64,000 bases of DNA. It comes from Promethearchaeota archaeon (GTDB lineage Archaea > Asgardarchaeota > Lokiarchaeia > Sigyniarchaeales > SOKP01). The DNA lies in NCBI GenBank assembly GCA_048938895.1, contig JBHLLU010000007.1, positions 32,001-96,000 on the forward strand, read 5' to 3'. The position numbers and the translations under genes were made by a program. Of the stretch, positions 9,821 through 17,652 are shown one piece after another. Under the pieces are notes generated by a model that did not search any database, was not told where the DNA came from, and saw only the letters and a program-made list of their open reading frames with translations. The number at the start of each line of letters is the position of its first letter. Position 1 is the first letter of the stretch.

Positions 9821-10714
9821 ATGTCGCTGGAAAGAAGAAGAGAAGTTAAAAAACCGAATGAGAAAGATGTTTTGGAAGATAGTTCATTTAGGCGTTTGAA
9901 TTTTAAACCTTTAAAATATGGGGAAGATATAAAGGAAAAGAAAGTAAAAGAAAAAGATCTGGTTGAAGAATTAACTGAATTAGAAAAAGATGTTTTACAA
10001 ATTGCCAAAAATATCCTTAAACTGAAGCGTTATGAAGTGGAATTTGAAATTGAATCAATGTCTCAGATACAAAGATTTCCAATAATTGAAAAATTATATG
10101 CAAAATGTATTGCGAAATTGTCTTATAAGAAAGGATATAGCAAAGAAGAAATCTTTCTTGCAATAAGATCGTTAGAAGAAAAGAATTGGATTGTTACAAG
10201 CGAAAGGCGTACAAAACTAGAGATACTCACTAATGAGAAACTTAAAAAAATACTTAATTTTATTAAGGAGAATCCAGGGATTCATGCAAGAGATGATAAA
10301 ATTGAGAAGGAATTGAATATTACCCGTACTCCTTTTCTTAAGCACGTAATGACTTTAGAACGGTTTAATCTTATAAGATCAAAAAAAATTGGAAAATCTC
10401 TTCATTACTTTTTATCTGAAGTTCCTGAAGATTATGATAATCTAAAAATCATTTTTTTAAATCCTCTAATCCCTCAAATATTAGAAGAAATTTTCAGAGA
10501 TGAGTTGGTGACAATCACTAAAATAGGAGAAGCTTTAGATATTTATAGTGGAACGATACTCTATCATATAAATAAATTAAAAGAATTAAACCTAGTAAAA
10601 TCAACCAAGAATAAATCAGATAAGAAAATATTCTTAGTAAATTTTGAATTATTAAAAATTTATAATGATTTTTTTAAAGAACCTGATTTTAGTAGGCTAT
10701 TGCGAGGGCTTTAG
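9821..10714 (+). CDS. Multi-wHTH (ArsR-like) DNA-binding protein
   Basis: ILNFIKENPGIH...KHVMTLERFNLIRSKKIG; ITKIGEALDIYSGTILYHINKLKELNLV. Confidence 0.7.
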   Translation: MSLERRREVKKPNEKDVLEDSSFRRLNFKPLKYGEDIKEKKVKEKDLVEELTELEKDVLQIAKNILKLKRYEVEFEIESMSQIQRFPIIEKLYAKCIAKLSYKKGYSKEEIFLAIRSLEEKNWIVTSERRTKLEILTNEKLKKILNFIKENPGIHARDDKIEKELNITRTPFLKHVMTLERFNLIRSKKIGKSLHYFLSEVPEDYDNLKIIFLNPLIPQILEEIFRDELVTITKIGEALDIYSGTILYHINKLKELNLVKSTKNKSDKKIFLVNFELLKIYNDFFKEPDFSRLLRGL

Positions 10715-10754
10715 ACTAGTATACATGTTATATCTTCTTCATTTCAGATTTAAA

Positions 10755-11630
10755 TTAAGTTAATTTCCTTATTTCCGGTAAACTATTTATTAAAACTTTA
10801 ATTGCCCAATCAATTCCATTTTCCATATCCGGATGGATTTCTTTCGAATGAAGTAAATCATATTTCAAATTTCCAGGTAAATCTGTGACAGAAAGAATTG
10901 ACGCAGTTTTTAAATTATATAATTTTCCTAATAAGAATAAAATTGAAGATTCCATATCAATTCCCTGAATTTTGATTGATTGTAATGCACGGATAAAGTC
11001 TAAACTCTCACAAAATAGGGCATCAGTAGTCCATAAATCCCCTAACAATAATTTGTTGGGCATTAATTTTCTACCAGAATTTATCAAAATCTCTTTTAGA
11101 TTTGGATTTGGATGTGATATGAAAATCGTTTGATTTCCTGTTTGGAGGTTTTGAAATTTTGAAAAGGGATTTGTTATAGCTTTTAAATTATTAGAAAGGG
11201 ATGGATTTTCTCTTATGTATTGTGGACTCGTTCCATCATCGCAATATGCCAATTTAGGTATTAGAATTTTCCCTATATCAACATTCATATCAGGTAACTC
11301 AATTCCACCACATGTATCTAATCTTATTATTATTTTTGCCTTGCATCTTCTCAAACATTCGATTGTCATAGCACAATTTGGAGCCCCTACTAATGAACGA
11401 ATAACACTGACTCTAATATTATTAATTTCACCATTATATACTCTCCCATAATTCCGTTTGTTTTGTAATTTTTGTAATACTTTTTTCATTACAATTTTGA
11501 TAGCGGGAAGAATTACAATTTCATTTACATTTGAAGGGCTTGTTTCGAGAAATATCCGTACAATTTTCTCGTCGACACTTATAAATTTAAGTCCTACATT
11601 TCGCAACTCGCTTTTTATTTTATTCAGCAT
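10755..11630 (-). CDS. Nucleoside phosphorylase (PNP/UDP family)
   Basis: GAP, IRLDTCGG, DDGTSxQY, WTTDA, DMESS, SVTD motifs. Confidence 0.8.
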   Translation of the reverse strand: MLNKIKSELRNVGLKFISVDEKIVRIFLETSPSNVNEIVILPAIKIVMKKVLQKLQNKRNYGRVYNGEINNIRVSVIRSLVGAPNCAMTIECLRRCKAKIIIRLDTCGGIELPDMNVDIGKILIPKLAYCDDGTSPQYIRENPSLSNNLKAITNPFSKFQNLQTGNQTIFISHPNPNLKEILINSGRKLMPNKLLLGDLWTTDALFCESLDFIRALQSIKIQGIDMESSILFLLGKLYNLKTASILSVTDLPGNLKYDLLHSKEIHPDMENGIDWAIKVLINSLPEIRKLT

Positions 11631-11776
11631 CTTTATTTCAGTTTTTATTTATGCTAATTAAAAGATAGTTTAGTTTTTCTTATTCTCTAAAAGTACGATA
11701 CTAATTATTCAAATACTTATATTTTTTAAGAATATAGTTTAATATCTAAAGTAAATACATTTATTTATATAAACTA

Positions 11777-13099
11777 TTGAGTATTTCACGTTTAAGTGGC
11801 GCTTTTATGAAGAATCGGTTCATCGTCGATAACAGAATTACTAATGAATTTATTGAGGCATATACAAAAACAACTTACAGAATTGTTGGCAAGAATAAAC
11901 ATTCTTCCATCAAACCTTGTCATTGGTTAGAACAGAGACTTTTGACGGGTAGAGATAACCGAAATTGTTATAAAGGTGTATTTGGGATAAAAAGTAATAG
12001 ATGTTTACAAAATACCCCTTCATTACCATTTTGTAATCATCAATGCGTTTTTTGTTGGCGAGATATAGAAAAAGGTTCAGTAGGGAGCGAGTTTAGTGTT
12101 GAACCAGATGAACCAAAGGAGATCGTAGGTGAAATGGTTCGTCATCATCAAGATATTATCCAAAATCATTTACCTTTAAGAAGATATTTGGATAATTATG
12201 AGATAATGTTAGACATCCTTTATTATATGTTAATACATGGCGAGGCATTCTACAATATAAATTCTTTAATGAATAAAGTCCATGTTTCGAAAAATAAAAT
12301 TGAGAGAGCTGTAAATCTGCTTAAAAATCAGAATTTCATTAAGTCAAAAAATAATGGATTTACAAATTTTGGACTCGATGATGATATTAGCTGTTGCATT
12401 AATTCTAGAGTGGAATTAGAGATATTACTCAACCGAGCATTAACAACTCCTGATGAAATAATGCAAGCTCATAGTGAAGCAATGCACCCAAATCATGCTG
12501 CAATATCTCTTGATGGAGAACCGTTATTATACCCAAGAATGTCTGAACTAATTAAGGAATTCAAAAATCGTGAGATGACTACATTTATAGTAACCAATGG
12601 TACCCTCCCTGACAAAATTAATGATTTGAATTACTTACCAAGTCAGTTATATATTACTTTACCAGCACCAAATGAAGAGATATACAAGAAACTCTGCCGA
12701 CCAATGGTAAAAAATGGGTGGGAGAAAATAAATGAGAGTTTATTAATGTTAAATTCTCTTTCTTGTAGGTCATTAATTCGATTAACTGCTATTAAAAATT
12801 TAAATATGCACGAAAAATATATTAATACCTATAAAAATATAATTGAAAAAGCAAATCCGAACTTTTTTGAGATAAAAGGATTCACTCTCCAAGCAAAAGC
12901 ATTAGCAATAAAAGAACGTTTAAGAAGCAATAAACCACTGCATTATTTTTTTCCAGATTTTGAATATTTAGAAGATTTTGCTCTTAAGTTTGAAAAGATG
13001 ACCGGATTTCCTATTATATATAGGAATAGGACAAGTAGAGACTTTTTATTTGCCGTGAATTGGGACAAAGATAAAGATCCAAGAATTACGGAATTATAA
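11777..13099 (+). CDS. taw1: 4-demethylwyosine synthase Taw1/TYW1 (radical SAM) with internal insertion
   Basis: HSSIKPCHW, CYK..FGIKSNRCLQNTP, CNHQCVFCWR, HAAISLDGEPLLYP, TTFIVTNGT. Confidence 0.92.
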   Translation: MSISRLSGAFMKNRFIVDNRITNEFIEAYTKTTYRIVGKNKHSSIKPCHWLEQRLLTGRDNRNCYKGVFGIKSNRCLQNTPSLPFCNHQCVFCWRDIEKGSVGSEFSVEPDEPKEIVGEMVRHHQDIIQNHLPLRRYLDNYEIMLDILYYMLIHGEAFYNINSLMNKVHVSKNKIERAVNLLKNQNFIKSKNNGFTNFGLDDDISCCINSRVELEILLNRALTTPDEIMQAHSEAMHPNHAAISLDGEPLLYPRMSELIKEFKNREMTTFIVTNGTLPDKINDLNYLPSQLYITLPAPNEEIYKKLCRPMVKNGWEKINESLLMLNSLSCRSLIRLTAIKNLNMHEKYINTYKNIIEKANPNFFEIKGFTLQAKALAIKERLRSNKPLHYFFPDFEYLEDFALKFEKMTGFPIIYRNRTSRDFLFAVNWDKDKDPRITEL

Positions 13100-13183
13100 A
13101 TGCAAATAAAAAGAAAATACATTTTCAAAGTGGTCCTATCTCTCATAAAATTCATATAGATCCCTTCTATTCTTTAAAATAAG

Positions 13184-13798
13184 ATGTATATAATTTGCTT
13201 AGATCTTGAAGGAGTTCTTACTCCCGAAATTTGGGAAGAAGTTGCTACAACTACTGAAATTGATAAACTCAAGCTAACTACTAGAGATATTCCTGATTAT
13301 GATGTTCTTATGAAACAACGATTGAATATCCTAAAAACAAATAATATTACCTTAGATGATATCCAAAAAATAATTGCAAACATAGAACTTTTACCAGGAG
13401 CATTAGATTTTATAGAATGGCTTCAATCAAATTCTCAAGTACTAATTGCTACCGGTAGTTTTATAGAGTTCATTCAACCAATTGCAAAGAAACTTGGTTA
13501 CCCCTTAATTTTCTGTAACAATCTTGAAGTTAGCAATACAAGGATAATTACAAACTATCATTTAAGATTAAAAGACATGAAAAAGAAAACAGTAAGAGCG
13601 CTTAAGAAATTGCAATATAATGTTATAGCTGTTGGTGATTCTTATAATGATATTAAAATGCTAAAAGAAGCTGATTTTGGAATTTTATTTAGACCTTCTG
13701 AAAATGTAAAAAGAGACTATCCCCAATTCACTGTTGCTACTGAATACTCTGAACTAAAAGATCTAATTGGAAATATTTTACATTCAGGATCAATATAG
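13184..13798 (+). CDS. thrH: Phosphoserine phosphatase/homoserine phosphotransferase (HAD)
   Basis: CLDLEGVLTPEIW, LTTRDIPDYDVLMKQRL, AVGDSYND. Confidence 0.9.
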   Translation: MYIICLDLEGVLTPEIWEEVATTTEIDKLKLTTRDIPDYDVLMKQRLNILKTNNITLDDIQKIIANIELLPGALDFIEWLQSNSQVLIATGSFIEFIQPIAKKLGYPLIFCNNLEVSNTRIITNYHLRLKDMKKKTVRALKKLQYNVIAVGDSYNDIKMLKEADFGILFRPSENVKRDYPQFTVATEYSELKDLIGNILHSGSI

Positions 13799-14428
13799 TT
13801 ATTTATTTGAGTATTGTCGAATGGCATACTTCAATTCTTTTAAATTGATTTTTTTTAATGCTGAGAATTCTAAATAGGGGATAGAAGTTTCATCATTATT
13901 CTGATAATTACTTAAGTGAATTAAATTAAGATTAAATTCTTTTGCAGACGTTAAAAATATATTTATTTTTCTATCTTTATCATAATTAGAAATTTTGTCA
14001 ATTTTATTTAAGAGGATCAAGATGGGAATCTTAAATTCGTTTAAAAATTGAATAAGTTCAAAACTTAAGGGAATTGTATTTCTATCTTCTATAAAATATT
14101 TCTTTATTTCATCTTCTATTCTTAAAATATTGAGCACCACTAATCCTAAAAAATAATTATCATGATTTCTTTCAATATGAATGACAATCTGCTTTTTTAT
14201 GTGTTCTACACGTCTATGGCTAGAATGCTTAGCAAATCCAAATCCAGGAAGATCAACGATATTATAGTTTAAACCAGGTTGGGTTATTGGTTTTATCAAC
14301 AAAGTGCTACCGGGGGATTTCCCTATTTTCCCTTTGAATAAACTAGGGTTGGGTAATAAAAGTCTTGTAATTGATGTCTTACCGACATTTGAATTTCCAA
14401 TTATTAATAAAGAAGGTTTTTCATTCAT
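13799..14428 (-). CDS. engB: EngB/YihA-family GTPase
   Basis: GNSNVGKTS, GKSPGST, DLPGFG, NKID, SA. Confidence 0.85.
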   Translation of the reverse strand: MNEKPSLLIIGNSNVGKTSITRLLLPNPSLFKGKIGKSPGSTLLIKPITQPGLNYNIVDLPGFGFAKHSSHRRVEHIKKQIVIHIERNHDNYFLGLVVLNILRIEDEIKKYFIEDRNTIPLSFELIQFLNEFKIPILILLNKIDKISNYDKDRKINIFLTSAKEFNLNLIHLSNYQNNDETSIPYLEFSALKKINLKELKYAIRQYSNK

Positions 14429-14459
14429 TTTCTTTTTTATCTTGTTGATTCAGCGATAT

Positions 14460-15344
14460 TCAGATATCAAGGAAATCATCATTTAAAAAATCTTTGAACA
14501 TTTTTTTCTTTTCTTGTTCTTCAATTACAGGACGGGTACTTATTGGTTCACCTGCGATTTCTAACATTTCCTTTAGAGTATCAACATTAATGTTTATCTT
14601 AAACATTCCATCTTTTAAAAAGCGTACTACTTGTTTACTATTCAAACTCAATCGTAAGATATAACCTAATCCGAAATAAAATTGATGTTCTGGAATTGGA
14701 TCTATAGGTGATTTACTTGTAACTTCTTTCAAAACATCATATAATAACATTTTTGAGGCAATATGATCCTCAACATTAAATACAATATAGTAGAGGGCAT
14801 GATACCATATTTTATCTCGCTTATTTTTGATGTAATCTAAAAATTGATCTGGAGATACAACTTTTTCTTCTGTTTCTTTTCTTTTTAATAACTCCTGTTT
14901 AATTCGTTCCTCTAGCTCTTTGGAGACTTCATGAGTTGGCTGAGGCAATTCCTCTCCTTCAGAAAGTTCTGTTATTTCTTCTTGTTTAACAGATTCTATT
15001 GCATCTTGCATATCTTTTAATTCTTCGAAGTCGATTTCATCCATATCGGAAAAGTCAGTTACCATTGTCTCTTTAAACTCTTTTTCTTGTTGCAATTCTT
15101 CCTCAATTTTTAGGGCTATAGACTCTTCATCTGTTATCTCAATTTCGGATGATTCCTCAATTTCTTTAACTTGAGCTATAGCATCTTGTATTTCTTGAAG
15201 TTCTTCCATATCTAGATCCTCTAAATCAGAAAAATCGGTCTCTAGTGCTTTCATTTCTTCTAGATAAATTTTAAGATCGTCTTCCTCTATTGATTCTTCT
15301 TCATTTTCAATAAGTTCGGTTTCCTCTTCTTTATTCTCATTCAT
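14460..15344 (-). CDS. Acidic hypothetical protein with internal repeat
   Basis: 294 aa; E/D-rich N-half with two TDFSD...QDAIxxVK units; globular C-terminus. Confidence 0.7.
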   Translation of the reverse strand: MNENKEEETELIENEEESIEEDDLKIYLEEMKALETDFSDLEDLDMEELQEIQDAIAQVKEIEESSEIEITDEESIALKIEEELQQEKEFKETMVTDFSDMDEIDFEELKDMQDAIESVKQEEITELSEGEELPQPTHEVSKELEERIKQELLKRKETEEKVVSPDQFLDYIKNKRDKIWYHALYYIVFNVEDHIASKMLLYDVLKEVTSKSPIDPIPEHQFYFGLGYILRLSLNSKQVVRFLKDGMFKININVDTLKEMLEIAGEPISTRPVIEEQEKKKMFKDFLNDDFLDI

Positions 15345-15445
15345 TTTAAACTAATATACTAGTATTTATGATTGTTGATACATATTTAATTAAAATATTG
15401 CCTTTCGTATAATTAAAATTGTCCTAAATATTTATTCACTTTAGT

Positions 15446-16159
15446 ATGGATGAAATTAACTTAGATAAGTATAAAGGAATCATCTTTGATATGGATGGTG
15501 TGATCTATAACATATCAGAAGCAATTGAAAAAGCAGTTGATGATTCTGTAGATAAGTACAAGATGAATGTCAATACTTCTGAGATAATGGAAGAACTTGC
15601 TCATCTCATTGAAGAAATCCAGAATTATCCCGTTCCCAAAATTATTCTTAACTCATATGATCTATTACAAGTAAAATTTTTGGAGGGTTTAAGCTATTTT
15701 AAGAAACTTCGTATTGCTATTTTTCTATTTAATCAGTTTAATAAATATAAAGATGCTGAGTCTTCGATTTATCCGGGGATAGATGATTTGATAAAGAATA
15801 TTTATGATAAAAAATTGAAGTTAGCAATATTAACCAATAATAAAAGCCAATATGCTGAAGAAGTCTTAGAAAAGTTTAATTTAACCAAATTTTTCAAGAC
15901 GATCATAGGATTTAATGAAGTATCAGAAGTAAAACCTAGCCCTGAAGGTATTTTAAAAATCATCGATGTCTGGAAGATTAAACCATCAGAAACAATTTTT
16001 ATAGGGGATATGACCACAGATGTAGATGCGGGAAAATCCGCAAAGGTCAAAATGATATGTGTCGCTTCTGGTCTGGCTAAAAAGGAATCTTTACTAGAGC
16101 ATAATCCAGACATTTTGGTTGACAATACAGAACAATTAATCAAACTTTTCGGATTTTAA
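15446..16159 (+). CDS. HAD-superfamily hydrolase (phosphoglycolate phosphatase-like)
   Basis: IIFDMDG, LTN, KPSPEG, IGDMTTDV. Confidence 0.88.
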   Translation: MDEINLDKYKGIIFDMDGVIYNISEAIEKAVDDSVDKYKMNVNTSEIMEELAHLIEEIQNYPVPKIILNSYDLLQVKFLEGLSYFKKLRIAIFLFNQFNKYKDAESSIYPGIDDLIKNIYDKKLKLAILTNNKSQYAEEVLEKFNLTKFFKTIIGFNEVSEVKPSPEGILKIIDVWKIKPSETIFIGDMTTDVDAGKSAKVKMICVASGLAKKESLLEHNPDILVDNTEQLIKLFGF

Positions 16160-16277
16160 TTTTATTATATTATTAATACCCTTTATAATAATAAGCAAGA
16201 GATTAGTGCTTCATCAGAGTAACAAACTGCCTTAATGGAATTTTATTGTTATTAATTTTTTAAATTTTTCTCATATT

Positions 16278-16305
16278 GTAAAAATTTAAAACACCTAATT
16301 TTTAC
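16278..16305. promoter_or_regulatory. Inverted repeat overlapping BRE/TATA of Rab paralog 1
   Basis: GTAAAAATT-N10-AATTTTTAC; includes TTTAAA; conserved upstream of paralog 2. Confidence 0.5.
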
Positions 16306-16345
16306 TATTTAGGAAATAGATTCATTAAATTAGACGTTGAATCAT

Positions 16346-16897
16346 ATGAGTGATGCTTTCAAATTTAAAATTGTAGTAGTGGGGAATGCTGCTGTTGGGA
16401 AAACTTCGCTGATTAAGAGATATACCACAGATACCTTTGAAAAGGATTATATTTCAACTTTAGGAATGCATTTTTCGAAATTTGATGAAGAAGTTGCAGG
16501 AGAAAAGGTAGAATTATTACTTTGGGACTTAGCCGGTCAAGAATCGTTTAGTACTTTACGTGACAGATTTTATGCTGGTAGTAGTGGTGCTATTATTGTT
16601 TTTTCTCTTGCTCCAGAAGAAATTGAAACCTATAATCAGATTAATAAATGGTATTCGGATGTAAAAGAAGCATGTGGTAATATTCCAATTATATTATTTG
16701 GAAATAAAGCTGATTTGGTTGATCAAGAGGCTTTAATAAACAGTCCAGACTATGCTACTTCTGATATTCATGTTGAAAAGTTTGCTCAAGATCATAAATT
16801 TATTCGGTATTTCAAAACAAGTGCTTTATCAGGTCAAAATGTCAAAGAAGCATTTCAAGCATTAGTAGTAAAATTATATCAAAGAGCTACAATTTAA
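16346..16897 (+). CDS. Rab-like small GTPase (paralog 1)
   Basis: GNAAVGKTS, YISTLG, WDLAGQE, GNKAD, KTSA; ATG at 16346 preferred over TTG 16337 by alignment to the paralog. Confidence 0.93.
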   Translation: MSDAFKFKIVVVGNAAVGKTSLIKRYTTDTFEKDYISTLGMHFSKFDEEVAGEKVELLLWDLAGQESFSTLRDRFYAGSSGAIIVFSLAPEEIETYNQINKWYSDVKEACGNIPIILFGNKADLVDQEALINSPDYATSDIHVEKFAQDHKFIRYFKTSALSGQNVKEAFQALVVKLYQRATI

Positions 16898-16948
16898 TTT
16901 CTTCAATTTTAACGCTTTTTCGATTAGATATTATTAGCATTTTCTTTT

Positions 16949-16976
16949 GTAAAAATTTAAAATATGAAATTTTTAC
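16949..16976. promoter_or_regulatory. Inverted repeat overlapping BRE/TATA of Rab paralog 2
   Basis: GTAAAAATTT-N8-AAATTTTTAC. Confidence 0.5.
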
Positions 16977-17019
16977 TAAATAAGAAAGAGTATTTTCAAC
17001 TAAAAGGAGATTGGTATAA

Positions 17020-17589
17020 TTGAGTGATGTTAAAGGTTATGGATTTAAAATTACTGTTATCGGGGATGGTGCTGTGGGAAAAACTTCATTAATCAAAAAA
17101 TATACTCAAGGATCCTTCCAGAATGAATATATCGCTACGTTGGGAACTCAATTTTCTAAATACGAGGAGATCATTGATGGAGATAAGGTTGAACTATATC
17201 TTTGGGATATTGCAGGTCAGGATTCATTTGATGCATTACGTCAAAGATTTTATATTGGCAGTAGTGGAGCTATTATTGTATTTTCTCATGCGTCTGAACA
17301 ATCTGCAAGTTTTGATCATATAACGAAATGGCTGAGTGATTTAAAAAAGCATTGTGGAAACATACCAATTGTTCTTTTCGGAAATAAAATTGATTTAATC
17401 GAGAATGGTGAATTAAAATCGGATTCGAACAATCCAAAATCAGACGGTAATCTAGAAAAATTTGCAAAAGATAATCGGTTTGTTGGTTATTATAAGACCA
17501 GTGCTCTTACAGGTGAGGGAGTTACTGATGCGTTTAAAGCTTTGGTTAGAAAACTCTATATGATCGCTAAGGTCTCAAGCTTTTCATAA
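17020..17589 (+). CDS. Rab-like small GTPase (paralog 2, TTG start)
   Basis: GDGAVGKTS, YIATLG, WDIAGQD, GNKID, KTSA. Confidence 0.93.
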   Translation: MSDVKGYGFKITVIGDGAVGKTSLIKKYTQGSFQNEYIATLGTQFSKYEEIIDGDKVELYLWDIAGQDSFDALRQRFYIGSSGAIIVFSHASEQSASFDHITKWLSDLKKHCGNIPIVLFGNKIDLIENGELKSDSNNPKSDGNLEKFAKDNRFVGYYKTSALTGEGVTDAFKALVRKLYMIAKVSSFS

Positions 17590-17652
17590 ACTCTTGCTTT
17601 AATTATTATTTATAGTTGTATAGTAAAAACTTTAAAAAAAAAAATTAAAAGT

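Noticed and set aside
16193-16217. Minus-strand CTGATGA followed by a short stem (hammerhead, C/D or SECIS-like)
   Set aside because: No GAAA after the stem, no stems I/III, no matching D box or SECIS GA quartet.
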